From contig MEDY01000112.1 of assembly GCA_001724265.1 (NCBI GenBank), forward strand, positions 1 through 64,000: a stretch of DNA of 64,000 nucleotides. Direction: 5' to 3'. Shown in pieces: positions 50,101-60,408 of this stretch. The position numbers were made by a program, and so were the translations under genes. Source of the DNA: Rhizaria sp. SCN 62-66. Lineage: Eukaryota. Under the pieces are notes generated by a model that was given only the letters and a program-made list of their open reading frames with translations, did no database searches and had not been told where the DNA came from. Positions within the stretch are counted from its first letter, which is position 1. Every line of letters starts with the position of its first letter.

Positions 50101-52921
50101 CCGCGGCCACCATAGCAGCCGCTCTGCTGCTGCTGGCATTGCCGGGCTTAGCGACGCCGGCGCTGAAGCCGCTGGTGAAGGAGTCGGTCGCGAAGGACGC
50201 CGTGCTGACGCACCCGCTGTTGAAACCCGCGGCGCCGACGGCGCTAGGGTGGTGGCCGACGTTGCTGCCGTACAGCGAGTGCTGCGGCGTGAGCGTCACC
50301 GCCGACGGCGTGCCCGCCTGGAACGGCAGCCCCGCGAACGGGTCGTCATCGTCGTCGCCGCCGCTGCCACCGAAGCCGCCGCTGGCGCTGGCGCTGTTGC
50401 CGACGCCGAGGCCCAGGGGCCGGGGTGGCGACGACAGGCCCGTGCCCGCTGCAACCGCAACCGCAATCGTCGTCGAGCTCGCACTGTTGGCGTTGGTGTT
50501 GGCGCTGGCGCTGGCGTTGGGGGGCTTGGTGTATGGCGTGGCGGCAGAGAGCGCGGAGAAAGCGCTCAGCTCGCTCAGCGCGTGGTCGCTAGCAGAGCTC
50601 GCGCTCGCCTTGCTATTGTTGCCGTGGCCGTGGCCGTGGACGTCGATCGTGGCCTCGGACTTGGAGCCCTTTATCGAGCCGACTACACCAGCGCCCGCGC
50701 CCGCGCCAGGGCCGATCTTGCCATTCGCGTTGTTGTCGTTGCCGTTCTTGGCAGCAGCGGCGGTGGCGGCGACGGCGCCGGTCGAGCGCGACTCTGCGAT
50801 CGGCGCCAGCTTAGCGCCCACGCCCGCGCTGGCATTGGCGCTGGCGCTGGCGGCGTCCGCGGCTGCGATGGAGGTGACAGACTGGCGCTTGCCGGAGCGG
50901 TCCTGCGGCAGGTCGTGCGACGCGTGCGTGCAGTAGACGCCGCCGTTGCAGTGCTGGTGGCGCTGCGCCGACGACAGCGAGGCCGCGACGACCTCATACG
51001 CCATGCCGCACACGCGGCAGTCGTACACGCCCGCCTCGTTGACGCACTGGCACAGGCACTGCCACGCGAAGCGCCCCCGGTCGCGGTCATTACCGCCGTG
51101 ACGCGCCGCCGCGGCCGCGAGCGCCGCGCTGTCCTGGCGCGCGATCTGCAGCTTGACGCCGTTGGCGGCCTTGGACTGCAGCGAGTCCTGCCCGCACGCG
51201 ACGCAGAAGCCCGCGTCGGCTGAGTTGAGGCGGAGGCAGTTGGCGCAGGCCCAGCCGCGCGGGCGCACATGCAGCCCCACGCGGCCCTTGGCGTCGACAA
51301 CCAGAGGCACCTGCGCGCGCGCGGCGACCTCGCGCAGCCACGCTGAGCCCTCGTCCGCCGCGGCGGGCTTGAGCGCGCCGCCGTCCTGGTCCACCAGGTC
51401 CACCGACACCGACGCCGCAGAGGACTGCGCCGGACCAGAGGCGATGGAGGAGAAGGAGAGCAGCGAGCTAGCGAGCCCCGCGTCCTTACCGGGGGCGGGG
51501 GGCGCAAGCGGGGAGGCGACGCCGTCGACGAGCGCGCCGCCCGCCATATCGCCGCCGCAAATCTCGCAGTTGGGTAGGTCGGGGTGGTTGTGGTATGTGC
51601 AGTGCGGGCACTCACGCATCTGGCCCAGACTGCTCCCGCTCTTGCTGCCGCCGCTGGGCCCGTTGCCGCCGCCGCTGCTGTGGATGCCGAGCGGGTCCAC
51701 GGAGCCGTCCAGATTGCCGCCGCAGCCGACGCAGACCACGGCCTCAGGGTCGTTCTCGACCTGCCAGAGCGGCAACAATTGACGAAAAAGGGGTATCCGG
51801 ATAATATTTGTAAGTGAAAAATTGGCATTGACAAATTTTACAGAAATATTAGAAATATAGTTAAATTTACCTCGATTAAATCCAATCAAGTTCATAATCG
51901 CAGAGAAAATTGTCCCGATGTTGTTTCGTTTCCATACCTGGCAGAAGGGGCACGCGATAGCCCCGTGGCCGCCGCGGCGCGGCTTGCCGCGCGCGCCGCT
52001 ATAGTCGTCGTCGCCGTCGAGGTCCTGCGACACGACGGGCAGGCGGCGTTCACACGCGACGCACGCGGTGGCGTCCGGCAGGTTCTCGATTCCGCACGAC
52101 GGGCACGCGCGTAGCCCCAGACCGCCGTCGCCGTGGCCGTGGCCGTGGCCGTGGCCATGGCCGTGGCGGCGGGAGGAAGGCGCGGCGCCGAAGTCATCCT
52201 GGTGCTCCGAGCTCAGCGCGAGAGCCGCAAAGGGGTCGAACCCGGCGAGACCGTTGTTGCCGCCGTTGTTGTTGTTATTGTTATTGTTATTGTTGTTGTT
52301 GGCCTCGTCGAGGAGGGCAAAGATGTCGATGCTCGGCGTGCCCCCGTGGCCGTGCGCGCCCTGCCGGTCCGCGCCCGCGCCGCCATTGACGCCCGCGGCG
52401 TCCTCCTCGTCGTCGTCGGAGACGTCTCCCGGCATGTCGGGGATGTCGACGTCGACGCCCTGTCCGTGCGGCGCGAGGCCCATCTCCTCGCGCGTGCGCC
52501 GCCCCGCCGACAGCAGCCAGTCGAGCAGGTCTGACGCCAGGTGCTTGATGCGGCCGAACATCTCGGGGTTGCGCGCGACATTGATGTGCGCCAGCAGGCG
52601 CAGGTCGGGGAAGCGTGACGAGTCGAGGATGTCGTTGATGAGGCGGCGCTGCACCTCGGGCGACGGCGGCTTCAGGCGCACAAGGTACGTCAACACGAAG
52701 AGGCCCTTGTACATGTGGCGCGGGTACTTGAAGTGCGAGAGACGCTTCCAGAGCATGGAGAAGAGCTTGGGGTAGAGCTCGGGCTTGTTGGCCGCCGTGG
52801 CCAGGTCGAGCAGCTGCTTCGACGTCGGGTCCGCGGCCGCGTTGGAGGTTGTGTTGCGCACGAGCACCTCGACGGGCTCGTGGAACGCGTCCTTGACGCG
52901 ACGCACAAAGCCCTTGAACAT
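47102..52921 (-). CDS. ENTH + five RanBP2/NZF-type zinc fingers + DPF motifs + coiled coil + DH (RhoGEF) + PH protein, 2 exons, ~1880 aa
   Basis: ENTH: EVLVRNTTSN..DPT...LFSMLWKRL..PRHMYKGLFVLTYLV. Five C-x(1-2)-C-x3-N-x6-C-x2-C fingers. DH: RERVRNEVISTEETYIKNL...DYLIIPIQRLPRYVLLLKEL. PH: NRLLVKE...RIFLCNDVIFW...AW. Intron 51761-51937. Ends TGA. Confidence 0.92.
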   Translation of the reverse strand: MFKGFVRRVKDAFHEPVEVLVRNTTSNAAADPTSKQLLDLATAANKPELYPKLFSMLWKRLSHFKYPRHMYKGLFVLTYLVRLKPPSPEVQRRLINDILDSSRFPDLRLLAHINVARNPEMFGRIKHLASDLLDWLLSAGRRTREEMGLAPHGQGVDVDIPDMPGDVSDDDEEDAAGVNGGAGADRQGAHGHGGTPSIDIFALLDEANNNNNNNNNNNNGGNNGLAGFDPFAALALSSEHQDDFGAAPSSRRHGHGHGHGHGHGDGGLGLRACPSCGIENLPDATACVACERRLPVVSQDLDGDDDYSGARGKPRRGGHGAIACPFCQVWKRNNIGTIFSAIMNLIGFNRGKFNYISNISVKFVNANFSLTNIIRIPLFRQLLPLWQVENDPEAVVCVGCGGNLDGSVDPLGIHSSGGGNGPSGGSKSGSSLGQMRECPHCTYHNHPDLPNCEICGGDMAGGALVDGVASPLAPPAPGKDAGLASSLLSFSSIASGPAQSSAASVSVDLVDQDGGALKPAAADEGSAWLREVAARAQVPLVVDAKGRVGLHVRPRGWACANCLRLNSADAGFCVACGQDSLQSKAANGVKLQIARQDSAALAAAAARHGGNDRDRGRFAWQCLCQCVNEAGVYDCRVCGMAYEVVAASLSSAQRHQHCNGGVYCTHASHDLPQDRSGKRQSVTSIAAADAASASANASAGVGAKLAPIAESRSTGAVAATAAAAKNGNDNNANGKIGPGAGAGAGVVGSIKGSKSEATIDVHGHGHGNNSKASASSASDHALSELSAFSALSAATPYTKPPNASASANTNANSASSTTIAVAVAAGTGLSSPPRPLGLGVGNSASASGGFGGSGGDDDDDPFAGLPFQAGTPSAVTLTPQHSLYGSNVGHHPSAVGAAGFNSGCVSTASFATDSFTSGFSAGVAKPGNASSSRAAAMVAAVKELSEDDIFGSAAEWLVVADPGAAPTPASAAAAAAAAEVAAAGAAAVTPAATPSSSAAAAAAHGHHGAHGPAVPAMVTEGGEALVAPSLTRISTVDMKAMLDQAARAHTHEMDETRRRLAAMEAAMEEDKRRMELAQRKAEDDRRRVEDEKRALEEKLKALELAASSGASASAAAGGAASGGVKESEHKAPAVVVVTKPAANNAAAGANGTLRAPPARPPRASVAGGPHADAAASAAGVTSPGRAPSPSPSASAGASAGAGGPSPASPPPSVPPRNRTPNPNPGTLTMTSALAATAANSASGAQRSVSPAPPAAAALSSSSNSNLVSTESVEGGLSKSKSKRERVRNEVISTEETYIKNLRILLTHFVTPLLEQLAQMPDIDPDFKFFLSQVGPIAMLHDSVLDMLRKSLPDGTGVASTFITLAPYFKLYKPYISYYEKCVKAFFDGLATNALLQAFVQRVQANPAFCGKTVADYLIIPIQRLPRYVLLLKELKGCQRNVIADAVAAEEDPFASLGAVSTPVSPVSKRGPTAGNSGGDSNSNSVADPFSDLVGSDGELGPLQLSLSTLGPMPGINATAGHAVHGGSGINQTPAATPRAGGPIERTSPEAMAALRREFELIEKAMRAVEAVARTINAFQHETEARSRLSAIQELIRQAPGKSADILAPNRLLVKEDFVRRVEGARSKDTRIFLCNDVIFWTSPEYGFRGALPVTQLRVRPFGRSVAALRNTGLSADPGLGRVSTSHREADMWGLQLVFTPPAPGAGASAGLSGAPSGGFSAGGSASFGAGSLDVPCGSSVSATGADDEGAGAPGFDPAHFVREQAFEFKDEEDVLAWSGAIVSVAETTKAKHQQLSRHRRGTTSLVQPAVAGKAPVAIATAAGAPLPTSAAGSRRSSLTATPAAAAPAAAAAATAAPAPAPAPAVAVIAPTPATSGAPPGARRASALGYQPQQAAQASMFLPSAAVNQPRGTPSPAPAAASGPSAPAPGMPPLLSSMKK
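51761..51937 (-). other. Spliceosomal intron, 177 nt, in frame and stop-free
   Basis: AT-rich island bounded by CAG|GTATGG and GGCAG|GTC; removal restores the zinc finger CPFCQ|VENDPEAVVCVGC. Confidence 0.93.
52130..52300 (-). repeat. Coding microsatellites: (CACGGC)n His-Gly and (AAC/AAT)n poly-Asn
   Basis: gccgtggccgtggccgtgg... at 52130-52166 and ttgttgttattgttattg... at 52266-52300 on the + strand. Confidence 0.85.
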
Positions 52922-54083
52922 TCCGCCTGACGACTGACGACGACGACGACGACGACGCTGACGCTGCTTATGAAGGACGGTGAGGACGACGACGAGGACG
53001 ACGAGGGAGCAGTGTTGTTAGCGACGGCGTGTACGACGACGACAGCAACAACAGCAGCAGTAGTGCCGAGGTGGGTGGATGAAAGAAAAAGAGACTGCGA
53101 TGGAACGCGGCGAGAGTGCGAGTCAGAGATGCCGAGTTGCAGACGCCAGAGTGACAGCAAGCGAGAAAAGGTAGAGGAGAGCGAAAGGCCAATTGTGTGT
53201 GTGAGGGCGTGAGATAGGGGCGTGCAAGAACAAGCAAAGAAGATAAAGAATTGTTCCACGGCACGGTAGACACAGCGGATTGCGTGTCATGCAGAGCGCA
53301 ACAGCGTGGCGGGGCAAAACGGCGGTGATATCTTGGCGTGTGCACGCGACTTTGTCTAAGACACGAGGTAAACCCTGACTACGGGGAGCAGAGCGGCAGA
53401 ACAACGGCGTGGCAGCAACAGAACGGCCGTGCAGCGTGTCTCGCAGGCGGTGGTAGAGGGATACCGGCGGTGGGGCGGATTGGCGAGCGGTTCGCGAAGC
53501 AGGATGACCTGAAAGAGTGCCATTTGTTGGTGAGGAGACGTCGTGTGCCTAGATTCGATGACTCACGAATAGGTACAATATCGCGCTTCTGCACAAAAAG
53601 CAATTAATTGATCTAGCTCATGCACACAAAGTACCGATGCTTGCAAGTTCTTATGTCAGCCTTACGAGAATTGCCCCGAATATTCCCCGTTTTCAAATGA
53701 AACCGAGAGAGGATCTCGGCCATGTTCGTCAGAGTCAAGGGCTGCAAGGCGTCCGAACTCGGCCGACTAGAAGGATTACTTCGGCCGGGCGGCTAGACTT
53801 CCGACTCGACCTCCCCCTCGACTGACCGACCAAGAGGCCTCCTTCTGGGGAATCATTCGACCCGTCGTAGAGCGTTCCAGAGCAGGCCAACGCATCTTTT
53901 TGATTAATGTATGGACATATATCACAATTTTCAGTTTCATACTTAGTTGATGGTCCGCTCGGACGGATGCATGGTGCGCTTTGTGCTGTCTTTTGTGGCT
54001 ACCCCTTCACCCTTTACCCTCCCTAACTCACCCTCTTCCCACCCCTTTTCTTGACCCCCCTGTTACTCTGTTCGTGCGTGTAG

Positions 54084-55302
54084 ATGATCTCGAGCAAGCT
54101 TGCTTTGTTCGTGCTCGTCATTGTGGCCGCGGCCGCCTCGGTACGTCCGACCCCTCCTCACAACAGCCCCCTTGCAAACCACCTTTCTGCTCTCTTGCAG
54201 TCTCTCGCCTCTCTTCCTGCTTTCTCTATCCTCTCTTCTCCTCTATCATTGCGCTCCCAGCTGCCACCGTTATGACCAACACTAACATCACACTCTTTTC
54301 TACTCTTTTATTTCCTAATTGCCCCTCAATGCGCAGGTGGCCGCGCAGGGCGAGGTCCCCGTGGGCATGCGGGCCCCCAAGTCTGCAGTCGCGGGCCCCG
54401 CCGTCACGGGCGAGTTCAACCAGGCCCAGATCGTTGCCGCGCGCCTGCGCAAGATCTGGCCCGGCGGCGACGTCGGTGTCCTCTCTTCTGATGAGGTTTC
54501 CGACGGCTCCGAGGACGCCAACGAGGTTCTGTCGCGCCTCAACAACAAGTACGGCGTGTACGACCGCTACAACATGGCTGTCCACACCAAGAACCGCCGC
54601 GACCTCCCCCCCGTGGACGACACCGTGACCGAGTCCGGCCTGCCCCCGGAGGCGGAGGACTACATGGGCGTCTACAAGGCGGCCAACAAGCTCAAGTTCG
54701 ACGCCCGCGTCGACAACCCCGAGGCGCTGGAGTCGATGCTCGGCTCGCTCTGGGGCAAGCGCTACCACTACCTCGACAAGGAGCAGCGCGAGGACTCTGC
54801 GCGCAACGACAACACCATCGTCATGCGTGCTACGCCCGCCTCGAACGAGCGCCTGTCGCAGGGCATCTCCACTGACGGCTCCGTCGACAAGTTCGTCGCC
54901 ATGGCCGACGACAAGGCCGACATCGAGGCCGCCGTCGCTGAGGCCCAGCTCCACGACCTGCCCTCCAACGCACCCCCCGCGCCGTTCAAGCCCTCCACGG
55001 TGTGGTACGGCCCCCGCGTTGCCGGTTCCGCGCTCGACGTGACCTCGGCGAAGCTGCCCGCCAACGTCGGCGAGCGCGTGCCCAACGACCCGCCGAAGCC
55101 GCCCGTGCCGTCCTTCGTGATCCCTGACTTCCACAACTCGTCCGCGCTGCCCGACAACGAGGCGCCCGTGACGATCATCCAGACGATCCGCGTGACGCCC
55201 GAGTCCAAGGGCAACGGCATCAAGAAGAGCGAGAAGGTCTTCACCCCCATCATGGCCCAGCCCGTCATCAACCCCAAGCCCGCCTACGTCGTCGGCAACT
55301 AA
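54084..55302 (+). CDS. Secreted protein of unknown function with Pro-rich C-terminus, ~340 aa
   Basis: Exons 54084-54140 and 54337-55302; intron 54141-54336 (GTACGT..CTAAT..CAG). Spliced N-terminus MISSKLALFVLVIVAAAASVAA is a signal peptide. A probable upstream intron 53974-54083 directly follows an ATG at 53971. Strong GC3 bias. Ends TAA. Confidence 0.88.
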
Positions 55303-55983
55303 GTTGTGTTCATTCAATATAACAGAACAGAGCAAACTTTGAGCAATGAGGAGATAGTGGGCAATTGACGGACAACATCGTGTTGCTGCCGGTTGTCTCT
55401 TGCTCCGAATCTGTCAGAGGTTTTCTTTCGTTGCTGCTGTTGACTAGCTGACCGAGAAAAGGGGTGATCGATGAGACATGAGTTGATACTCATGTTTGTT
55501 TGACTCTGTCACTCACTGCTTTTACGGATATAGGAAGCAGGGAAGGGTGTCAGAGAGTGGAAAGAGGCACTGCATTTGTTTGTCATTGATCGAGGGGAGC
55601 ACAAGCGAGCTTCTTGCTCGCTTTGTAAAGCTTTGCTTTTGGTTGGTGCTAGGGTGGTGTTGTGCTTCGCAATTTTTTGTCTGTTGAACATGCCCGGATG
55701 ATTTGATTTCCTGGATGCGTCGTGTTTGTGTTCAATACATCACAATAACAAAATCAATCTATCTCATCTTTTTATTCATAGCTCGTCATATATAGCCCCG
55801 TTTGTTGTCTTTACTTACTGTTGCAGGCAAAATCCTGTGCGCAGTTCTCGAAAAGTCAAATCATTTTTCGACCGACCGACCGACTCTGTGGGGCGGACCG
55901 ACCGGCCGCAGAAGTTGCAGACGAGCTGGGTGGTGTGCGTCTGTTCCGTTGTTGAGGACATTGATTCGTTTTGTAGCACGAAC

Positions 55984-58059
55984 ATGCATGCCAGTAAAGC
56001 GCGTCTGCGCGCTGCCGTGGATCGCGTGCCGCTCAACCGTGTTGTTCCCCGTATTGTTGAGAAGGTACGTTCCCCTCACCCACACCAGTCTCCAGCCCCT
56101 CACCGTTTGCCGCTTTGCCGCGCATTAAACCCTGCTCTGAGGGTGCTTAAGAACTGTTTTTTATTTGCTCAGATAGAACACATCTATTTATACGCCGCAT
56201 GTCGGTTTTATCTCTATACTACGTCCGTTTACCTATGTATTATGAGCCTCAAAATGACCGCGAGCTCACCCACACCGCTTTGACTTTGACTTTCTCTCTC
56301 CGCACAGTGGAGCACCCAGCTCCTCGAGCGCGCCCGTGCGGGCGACGCCGACGCGATGCTGAGCGTGGCTGAGCTTCAGTTCCAGCCCGAGGGCTGGGGC
56401 AAGATCGCCTACAACCCGACCGAGGGGGAGCGCTGGGCCGAGCGCTCGAGCCTGTCTGGCAACAAGAACGCCGCGCAGAGTCTGCGCGAGATCCGCCTGA
56501 CGAAGGAGATTGTGCAGCAGAAGACTGAGCAGATTCACCGCAAGATCCTTAACGACCGCTTCGCTAGCGACAACATCGAGGAGCCCTTCGTTGGTCCCAA
56601 GAAGATCGCTAAGAGTCTGATGAAGCTCAAGAAGAAGCTCGCCGCTGCCGGCTACACCCCGCGCGACGTCATCTGGCGCGAGGCCGTCGCCAACGCAATG
56701 CGGCGCCGCGACCGGCAGCTGCTGCGCGAGACGTCGGAGCAGTACATGATCGAGTCCAACTCGGACCCGGCCGACTCGTCCATCTACTACGAGACTCCCG
56801 TTCTGCAGTTCCCGCTCAACATGCAAGCCCCCGCGAGCCTGGACGGCATGCAGCGCGCCATGAAGGCCGCGCTCGACGGTCACCTCCAGCACACGGCCTA
56901 CGACACTGTTCCGCGCCCGCTTGTGGAGCTCTTCTCCGCCGTCGACGAGGCGCCGCTCGAGAACCACTCGCCGATGGTAGAGCACGACGGCGTCTTCGTC
57001 CAGGCGCAGTACATGCCTAAGATGTCTGCGGCCGAGATCATGCGCGCCCAGCGCGAGGGTCTGGCACCCGCCGCCGTGGACCCCTCTGCGCAGACAGCCG
57101 CGGGCGCGCTCGCGGGCCCCGTGCTGCTGCCGCCCGCGCCGCTTTCGGCGCCCGCGTTGCCGCTGCCCGCCATCATGGAGCGCTACCCCGCCATCGTCGC
57201 CGCCTACGGCGTGCGCGCGCTCGCCGGCAAGACGCGCGCGCAGCTCGACGAGCTGGCAGACGTGCTCCGCGCGAACAACGACGACGACGACGCGGCGGCC
57301 GAGGGCGCCGACGCCGACGAGACGAGTGGTCTGCGTTTCACGCCGCGCGAGAAGGACCGCATCGCCGAGGCTGAGCGGCTCGAGGAGAAGATCATGGCGC
57401 TGCCCGAGGTGCGCGCCCGGTTTGCGCGCTTCGACGAGCAGACGGGCCGCAGCGCGCTGGGTGACGACGAGGCCCGTTCTCGCCGCGCCGAAGCGCGCGA
57501 GGCGATGCGCTGGGAGATCCTGCGCGCGATGCTCACCGACGATGAGATGCGGTTGGTGCTTACCAAGCCCATTGCCGAGACGGCCGTGTACCTCGAGGCG
57601 ACGATCGCCGAGGAGAACGCGCTGGACGAGGACGAGAACTCGACGCTCTTGGACCAGATGGCGCCGCTGGATCACATCGAGCGCGAGTACACGCTGCGCT
57701 GGCCCTACGCCGAGACGGGCGAGTCGGCGCAGAACGAGTTCCGCAACACGCTTGGCGACTCGGCGGACCGCCACGAGATGGATCTCACGGTGTACGACGA
57801 GCGCTTCGCGCCCACCGAGGACATCGACGTGATGCAGGGCTCTGTGGCCGACGAGGACGCCTTCGCGGGCGGCATCAACGGCGGCGCGATCGACCCCAAC
57901 GCCGACGTCATGACCCGCGCCTCGATGGCCAGCCGCGCTGGCGCCAACGGCGTCGGCACCCGCGCCGAGTGGCGCAAGCGCGTCGCCTCGGCCGCCAACG
58001 AGCGCGCCAACGCGGCGGTCACCGGCAGCGCCGCCGCGGGCCCCGCAGAGGTCATCTAA
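55984..58059 (+). CDS. Protein with one N-terminal Sel1-like repeat and an acidic C-terminus, 2 exons, 610 aa
   Basis: Exons 55984-56064 and 56308-58059; intron 56065-56307 (GTACGT..CAG). Spliced: MHASKARLRAAVDRVPLNRVVPRIVEK|WSTQLLERARAGDADAMLSVAELQFQPEGWGKIAYNPTEGERWAERSSLSGNKNA (A..GD.DA...+A......G.G...N..EG..W). Ends TAA. Confidence 0.85.
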
Positions 58060-58645
58060 GTCAGCTGCAGACAGTCGCGCTCACAGACGCGCTCGCGCCA
58101 ATGCGTATGCGTGCGTGTGCCCGCACTGCCCGTTTATGTGAACGCGCTGTGAGTGAGAGATTGACCATTCGCAGTGTAGATTTAGTGTTGGTAGTGGTTT
58201 AGGTTGTTAGGGTTGAGCTACATTTTTTACTTAGTACAACGTATAAGATAACAGTAGCACTTCCCTCGAGCACAACGGAGTACATCATCCTACCATGACA
58301 GAGCATTGCAGCGCAGAGTTAGTTCGTTTTATTCCAAACTCAAATGAGACATTCAACAAGCAAAAAACATATCTTACTAATTAAAAGAAACAACAAAAAG
58401 AACGTCGTTGCGTTCAATATAACAATAGACACAAAATATTTATTTGTCATTGCATCACCACACTCTTATGCCGCATTGAACGAAGTACTAGGTCATATAA
58501 AGCTCTAGTGTATTGTTGATCGTGAGAGTTGTAAATATATGGCCATCGAGTTCGTTGGGTGTCATGACCTCAGATGGGCACGTCCGATTTTGTGATTAAG
58601 CAGTGAATGGGGTTCAATCTAGACGAGTCTGCCTGTACAATGCAC

Positions 58646-60121
58646 TCACTTGCCGCGCCAGCCATAGAGGGCCTCCGCGTTGAAGTCATCGTCATCGTCA
58701 CTGTCGCTGTCGCCGGCATTTTTGCCGCTGCCCGGCTGCTGCGGCTTCGCTTTCCTGTCCTCCTCCTCCTCAATAGCAGCAGCAGCAGCAGCAGCAGCAG
58801 CGGCGGCGGATGCGGCGGAGGCTGACGCAGACTCGAGCGCACGCTTCGCCCGCCCGCCCGCGGCGGCGACGGCGCCGCGCAGCCTCGCTAGCCCCTGCGC
58901 GCGCTCCTCCTCCTCGCGCGCCTCCTGCGTCGCGCGCGTCGCCGCCACCGTCGCCGCCGCCAGCCCGCTCGGCGCGACTGCAGCCCACACCGCCGGGGCC
59001 GGAGCCGGTGCTGACGCGGGCGCCGCTGCAGCCACAGCAGAAGGGGCGGAGGCGGGGGGATTCTTGCCGTCGCTGCTCTTGGCGTCGTTGGCGGCAAGGG
59101 CGAGGTCGAACGCACGCAGGTCGCTGTCCTCATCCTCCTCCTCCTCCGCAGCGGCGGCAGCGGCTGAGTTAGCTCTGGCAGCGGCGGAGCCGGCCATGAC
59201 GGCGGCGGCGGCGGCGGTGGCGGCGGCAAGCGCGGCGGCGTGCGCGGCCGCCTCGGCCTCGGCGTCGGCCTCATCGCCCCACAGCGGCCGCAGCTGCGCA
59301 GCCCCGGTCTCGGCGGACTTGCTGCGGTTGTTGCTGCTGCTGCTGCTGCTGCTGTTGGGAGAGGCTGCGGCAGGGTTCTTGGAGTCTCGGCTGTTCTTGC
59401 TGCTGTTGTTGGGTACGTTTGTGGTATCATCTGTGGCGGCAATCATGACAACATCGCCGTCGGAGTTAAGCCGCCACGTGTTCCCGTCTTCGTCCACCAG
59501 CTCCACAATCTCGTCCTCATTCGAAATGCCGTCGGTGGAAGTACTGTCAGACTGGCCCTGGCTCTGGCTCTGGTTTTGACTCCGGCGCGCGGACTGGCGT
59601 GCGGCGCGGCGGCGTGCGAGTTCATGATCGATGTAATCATCGGGGTCGCCTAACCAGTCGTCAGGAACCTCGATGTCATCGCCGTCCTCGTCGTCGTCGC
59701 CGTCGTCATCATTGGCAGCTGTGGAGCCAGAGCTCGATGTGGCGGAGGTTGCTGTTGCGGGGGAAGCGATATTATCGTCGTCGTCGCTGTCGCTGTCGGC
59801 GTAGGCCGCAAAGGCGGAGATGGGAGCTGCGGGTGCAGACACATGAGCAGGAGCAGCAACAGCAGCCTTTAGAGGTGCAGGTACTGGAGCTGCAGCACGG
59901 GCGCTGCTACTAGAAGCGGACGCAGCGGGCGCGCTTGTTCCGGCGGCAGCTGCCTTCTTCTGCGCAAGCAGCGCCTGCAGCGCGGCGATTTTCTACCTGT
60001 GCATGGCGCCCGCGACGTGTGCGGGCCAGGCGGCGTCGTCGCGCAGGGCGAGCTTGCACACCACGCACGTCAGCTGGCCCGCGTCTGTGTAGCGCGCGAG
60101 CTTGTCCGTCACGCCGGGCAT
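58646..60121 (-). CDS. ZNF830: ZNF830/CCDC16-like C2H2 zinc-finger spliceosomal protein, 491 aa, with one in-frame TAG (59993-59995)
   Basis: Manual translation from ATG 60121: MPGVTDKLARYTDAGQLTCVVCKLALRDDAAWPAHVAGAMHR*KIAALQALL..., in frame with ORF 58646..59842. Matches the ZNF830 pattern AKY...GQLSC.LC.......LW..HV.GK.HREKVAEL; acidic end with WRGK resembles DWR.K. Ends TGA. Confidence 0.87.
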
Positions 60122-60408
60122 TAGGCTGCGCGGGTACGTTGAGACAACGGGGTAATTGGGGCGCAAGGCGGCGTCTTGTTGGAGTAGATAAGGGCTGTGA
60201 CAGAGGAATCAAGAGCATGGGCGTATAACGGTTAGACACGGATGAGTTTGGACAGAACTTGGACCCGACGATTCACGGCATACACAGCTTCTAAAAGAGC
60301 ATAATAACAATATAGTATATATTATATCGTGATGAATATGTGATTGTGACGGGTTCTCAAATGACGGATGTATTGTGGTGCTATGTATCGCGTAAGTCTC
60401 GAGCGCGC

